Translations under genes and position numbers: made by a program
Source: Dicyema japonicum
Taxonomy: Eukaryota > Animalia > Dicyemida
Length of the DNA stretch: 64,000 nt
Assembly (NCBI GenBank): GCA_011109175.1
Contig: RDEW01000019.1
Coordinates: 370,028 to 434,027 of the forward strand
Direction: 5' to 3'
Shown here: piece after piece, positions 59,088 through 64,000 of the stretch
Position numbering within the stretch: the first letter of the stretch is position 1
How the letters are laid out: every line of letters starts with the position of its first letter
Notes under the pieces: generated by a model
Databases searched by the model: none
Seen by the model: only the letters and a program-made list of their open reading frames with translations
What the model was told of the DNA's origin: nothing

Positions 59088-62000
59088 TTGAAATAACGAC
59101 CAAGGTTATACTGAAGCAGTGTCTTTTACTCTCCGTTATTATCTTAAAATTGACTGAACAAGAGGACTCCCAAAGAACATATTTTAAGATTTTTTCTTTT
59201 GATGTTTTATCGTCTTCCAACTGTCTTAAGTACTCCTTGTGGAACTTTGATTTTCATTATTGGGATGTACCATGCGGTTACTTGATTAAAGATTCTCTTT
59301 TTTCTAGTATCCACCAAACACTTCATCAGATCAACTTAACACAGGAGACGCCCAATAGTCGTGCGAGAGTCAAAAAGGACCCATCTTTTCATTTCAAAAA
59401 AAGACTATTCCGTTATTCATTATGTTTTGAATCTATAGTTTGTCGAAAGAATTTAGGGAGGCAGAATTGGACCAACAAAGACTTGCATTGGATCAAATAA
59501 TCAGTTTAACGATAAATAAACTAATGAAGAGTATCAGTTTATTAGCACCAATCACACGTTCCTTAAATCGATACTTTCTCAAGTTAAATGAGAACCTGGC
59601 AATTTGAACTTGAAGACTTTGAACATCCGACATTTTTTAGTTCAAAACTTATTGTATCTAAGTCTTCAGAGACCACAATTTAAGCGATGAGACCTTCACA
59701 CGTCATGAGATACATATTCATATCCTGTTATTAAGTTAAGTCACCACCAATACACTTTCACAATGGAACTGTCATGCAAAAGCGTTGCAACCTGACAAAT
59801 AGAAAGCAGTGTACCTTCCATTACTGTCCTTCTTATAGTCCATCTAATCGTTTCCCCCTCTGAGACAACTCCAAATCAATGTCTCCGTAGAATGATCCGT
59901 GGTTGTCAGGCAACATTGGTAAAAACTTAACTACCAGACTAAAAATCACCGAATTTAAATATGGAAGCAAATATAACAAAAACATAAAAAACTAATCGTC
60001 ATTTAACAAAAACTCCAGATTCTCAATACAATTTTCAAGGTCCCTTATATTATCATTATTATCGATGAGTTCAAGCGACAATGACAACCTGAGAGGATCT
60101 TTTCACCAACTCATTTACTTCATTGTCAGAAGGGTTGCATTCTCTTGTATATTTGTCGCCTTCTTTATCACACGGGAGCGTCACGTGGTGGGGATCTTAA
60201 AAATTGACGAAATTAAGTCCTTGAGTGAGACAGAATGGTACAAATGATCGAAAAATAAAGCCGTCCGTAGACTCAATAGATTTGTTGTAGGCATTCTCGA
60301 TAAAGTCAGTCCAGTCCTTCTCGGATATGGTCTTATTCGGTTACTTAGTAAGTACCTCGTTTCTAACTGGGAGTAAGTTATTTTTAAGGTTATCGAGTTC
60401 TTCCATCGTTATTTTAACAACTATGAGGGGAAGGGCTGAGGCTACAAAAATTGATATGAAGAATCCCTTTTTTTGGAAATGCTATCAGAAGATAATGTGT
60501 CCGAAGTCGGGTCCAGAAAAAATTATACTGGATAAACCAGACGGGGGAGTATGCATAACGAAGGAAACACCTTCGATATTCAGGAATCAGCTCCAAAAAA
60601 TTCAGGGTGTGGATCCGTGGAGTTTGATCCCTGATGACAAAAAAAGGTGTCTGCCGATATATTTGAACACTCCGACAAGAACTACCTATTGCTGATAGCT
60701 CTGTCAGCAACTTTGAAGTGATGACAGCTATCAGGGAATGCAAGGTCAATGCTCCAGGATATGGCCACATATCAATGAAACTTATCAAAGAGGGTCCGGA
60801 TAGTTTGTTTGACTATCTGCGATGTTTTTATGATGGGTGTTTGCGACTTGGCCACTTGCCTTTAATATGGAAGATAGCTGTTGTGAGGATGATTCCAAAA
60901 CCAGGGAAGCCAAAGAGAGATCCGACAAGCTACAGACAATTAGCTTAATATGTTCTTTCGCGAAAGTGATTGAACGTATCATTTTCAAAAGGCTAAGTAG
61001 ACATATAGAAGAAAACAACATTCTGATTCCGGAGCAATGTGGTTTTCGTCCCGGAAGAGGCTGTACAGACTGTTTCTTTCTACTGAATTCTGAAATCATA
61101 AAAGCAAAGGATTCCAAGAGACAAATAAACTTATTATGTCTTGATATCTCGAAAACATTCGACAGTGTATGCCATGAAGCGTTGTTAAAGCAGCTTGTAT
61201 CAGCATATGTTCCAAGATACCTATTTGTTTGGCTAAGAAATTATCTTTAGGAAAGACAATCTTTTGTGAAGGTGTGTGGATATATATCTGATGCAATATC
61301 ATTCAAAAGAGGAGTCCCTCAAGGTTCAGTATTGAGCCCTATTTTGTTTAATATATTTATGGCGAGTTTTCCACGTCCGAGGAATATTAATACTAGTCTT
61401 TTTATTTATGCAGATGACGTAATCGTGGTGGACACATCTCTAAAATCTTCTATATCCGAAGGAAGAATCCGGGAGTATGTCGACCAGATTGAGCTTTGGT
61501 GCAACTTGAGAGGGCTAAAGGTCTCTGCTGAAAAATCTTGCGCACTCCGAATAAGCAGTTAGAAAAAGCACCTGAAACAAGAATACACACTGTGAGTAAA
61601 CAATTCACACAGTCTGCGCTACCTGGGGGTCGACTATGGACACGCAGGAGATTACATGGACAACATAAAGGAGAGGAGAAAGAGAGCCTTTCAGTCGCTC
61701 TTATGTACACGGAAGTTACACGTTATCCGTGACACTTACCTGTTTATCTTCAAGGGAGTTATTCTCCCTAGCCTACTTTATGGGTGCGAGGGGTGGTTCT
61801 TCTCTCCGAAAAGGGACAAGATCTTATCCCTCCTAGAGAAGACTAGAAGAGCTGCAATTAAGCTCTCCTTAAAAAAGAAACTGAAAGACTGTCTAAACGA
61901 GGACGAAAACAAGCTCCTGGAACCGATTAGCAAGATTGTGGAGGATCGGATCAATGGTTTCAGGAGGAGATCAAAGGTCCAGGACACATACATAAAGCTG

Positions 62001-64000
62001 TGAAAATAAAGATTAAAAAGCTGGGAGAAACGTTCAGAAAAAGATTAATAATAAAAAAAGGAGGAAGGGTCCAGGTGTAGAGTCCAAGCCTTATGGTAGG
62101 ACTCAGATGTAATACCCTACAGAAATCTCCTTAACTCTTTTGTCAATAAATCGTTGTTGTTGTTGTTGCACTAGTTTGGTCAAATTATATATATTAATTT
62201 GATAAATTAAATCAAAAATTTTTTTTTGATTTTTTTCCAAGTCCACTAGTGTAACGCGTAGCGCTCGGTAAAGCGTTGCGCCTGTGACATTATACAACAT
62301 CGTCTAATGCCAAATGCCGAAATGATTCTACCGGATGTCCAAGCAGGATTCAGGAAGGGACGAGGCACACGTGACTTGACTATCGGAAAGCTTTTGATTC
62401 CGTTATACATGACAAGCTGTGGTCCGCTTTAAAAGAATTTGGATTCGATGCCCATCTGATATTGCTTATCAAATCTCTTTATAAGGATCAAGAATCTACT
62501 ATTAGAACAGTGTATGGAGATACCGATTGGTTTAAAATTAGTAAAAGAGTAAGACAAGGATGCTTATTATCTCCCATCCTATTCAATATTTATGCCGAAA
62601 TGATCATGGCTAAATTGGATACTGTATCAAATAATGGGATTAAAATTGGAGGCAGCAACATCAATAATTTGCGCTATGTTATCGATACAACCTTACTGGC
62701 TGAAACAGAGAATGGCCTCAGGCAGTTGATTCTAAAATTCAGAGAATAGAGCGTCGTCTTTGGTTTATTGCTAAATATCAAGAAGAACAAAATTATGACT
62801 ACTGCTATTAATGGAACTAAAAATTGGGAATAAGAAACAAGAGATTTGAGATAATTTTGTCTTTCTGGGATGTCTAATTAATCGGAATAATGACGGAGGC
62901 TTGTAAATCAAGAAAAGAATTGCCATGGGACGAGAAACCTTCCAGAGAATGAATAGAATTTGGAAAAGCAAAGATATTTGCTTAAGGACCAAATGCAGAC
63001 TGGTTAATATAATTGTGTTCCTGGTTTTTCTATTCTGCGCAGAATCATGGATATGAAAAAGGTGGATAGACGAAAAATTGATGCTTTTGAGCTGTGGTAC
63101 TGGAGGAGGTTACTAAGAATCCATTGACTTTTAAATTAACAAACATCGATGTACTCAAACGGGTGGAAACGGACATTTCGCTAGAAGGAAGAATCGTAAA
63201 ACACAGATTGGCGTTTATTGGGCATGTTGTCCGCTCTGATTCCCTTGAATGAACCATTATGCAGAGCAATATCACTCGGAAGAAAAGACCTGGCCGACCA
63301 AAGACTTGATAGCTATCCACGGTGGAGGAGGTCACGGGAATTCCTATATCAAGGCTACTCCAAATTGCAACGGATCGGGAGAGTTGAGGAAACTCGTTCA
63401 TGCAATTTCCAAGGACACGACTTAACTAAACAACACAAAATATAATCATTATTTCAGAGTTGCTACCATCCATGTGGACCATAGTTCCAGGTATACCCAT
63501 GTTCCTGAATTGCATAGCAATATTGGCATAACAAACATGTCGTATTGTCGAAAACGAAGTTTCAGTGAAGTGATTATAATTATGTCCTGACTAAGAAATT
63601 GTGATTTTAAGATGTACCTCTGTTTTTTTAGCACTAATTCATGTTTTTCTTTACAAAAAGCCGTAGTTTTTGTTACCGTGCAAAATATAAGACTTTTCTT
63701 CGTCTAAATAAATTTTTAATAAAGTTTCTTAACATGAGGTATGTCAAGTGGAGTAATGTCCATCTGTCAAGATTATTAATGATTTTCTTTATTTTCTTTA
63801 ATTTTTCTTGAGTCAATCGCACTAGAAAAATTTATTTTTAATTAAGCATTTCACGAGAGCCATGTACAGTAAAAACAATGTTAGATGTCTTCCTTTTCCA
63901 TGCTCCTCTGTTTTTAGCCAAAGCTCTCATAGTGTCAAGGTTGTCGGCAGTTTTTAAATTTCTTTTAATTTTAACCAGGTTTTTTTTTTGTAAAACTGTT
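59088..64000 (+). repeat. Direct segmental duplication, copy B (partner 23501-28470); runs off the window end
   Basis: Contains the same unidentified gene remnant, Jockey-like LINE (60420-62170), RTE (62300-63430, with about 70 bp deleted at 62375), integrase 5' part and RTE tail. Confidence 0.97.

Noticed and set aside
1-64000. Prokaryotic, phage or defence-system content; rRNA, snRNA or telomeric repeats
   Set aside because: None seen; gene density, introns and TE content are eukaryotic.

Overview
AT-rich eukaryotic (very probably animal) genomic DNA. I found no prokaryotic genes, CRISPR array, rRNA or tRNA. The window is a mosaic of two things. (i) Heavily decayed transposable elements: CRE-like and R4/Dong-like non-LTR elements with restriction-like endonuclease, I/Jockey-like and RTE-like LINEs, and Ginger/GIN-type integrase-only elements. 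(ii) Damaged, intron-retaining copies of conserved host genes: RBM28/Nop4, SPAG1, a GH27 alpha-galactosidase/NAGA, WASHC2/FAM21, cGMP-dependent protein kinase, and LRR-receptor-like genes. The ORF track misses most host genes because they are split by ultrashort spliceosomal introns of 21-26 nt. In the GH27 gene four of these sit at the same codons as human GLA introns. This architecture points to a compact-intron parasite such as a dicyemid (inference). Two segmental duplications organise the window: 1-2090 is an inverted copy of about 28720-30763, and 23501-28470 is a direct copy of 59088-64000. The only long intact ORF (52675-54288, 537 aa) is a truncated CRE-like reverse transcriptase. All homology calls come from manual translation and motif recall, not database searches. 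Boundaries are approximate, and some frameshifts could be consensus errors.
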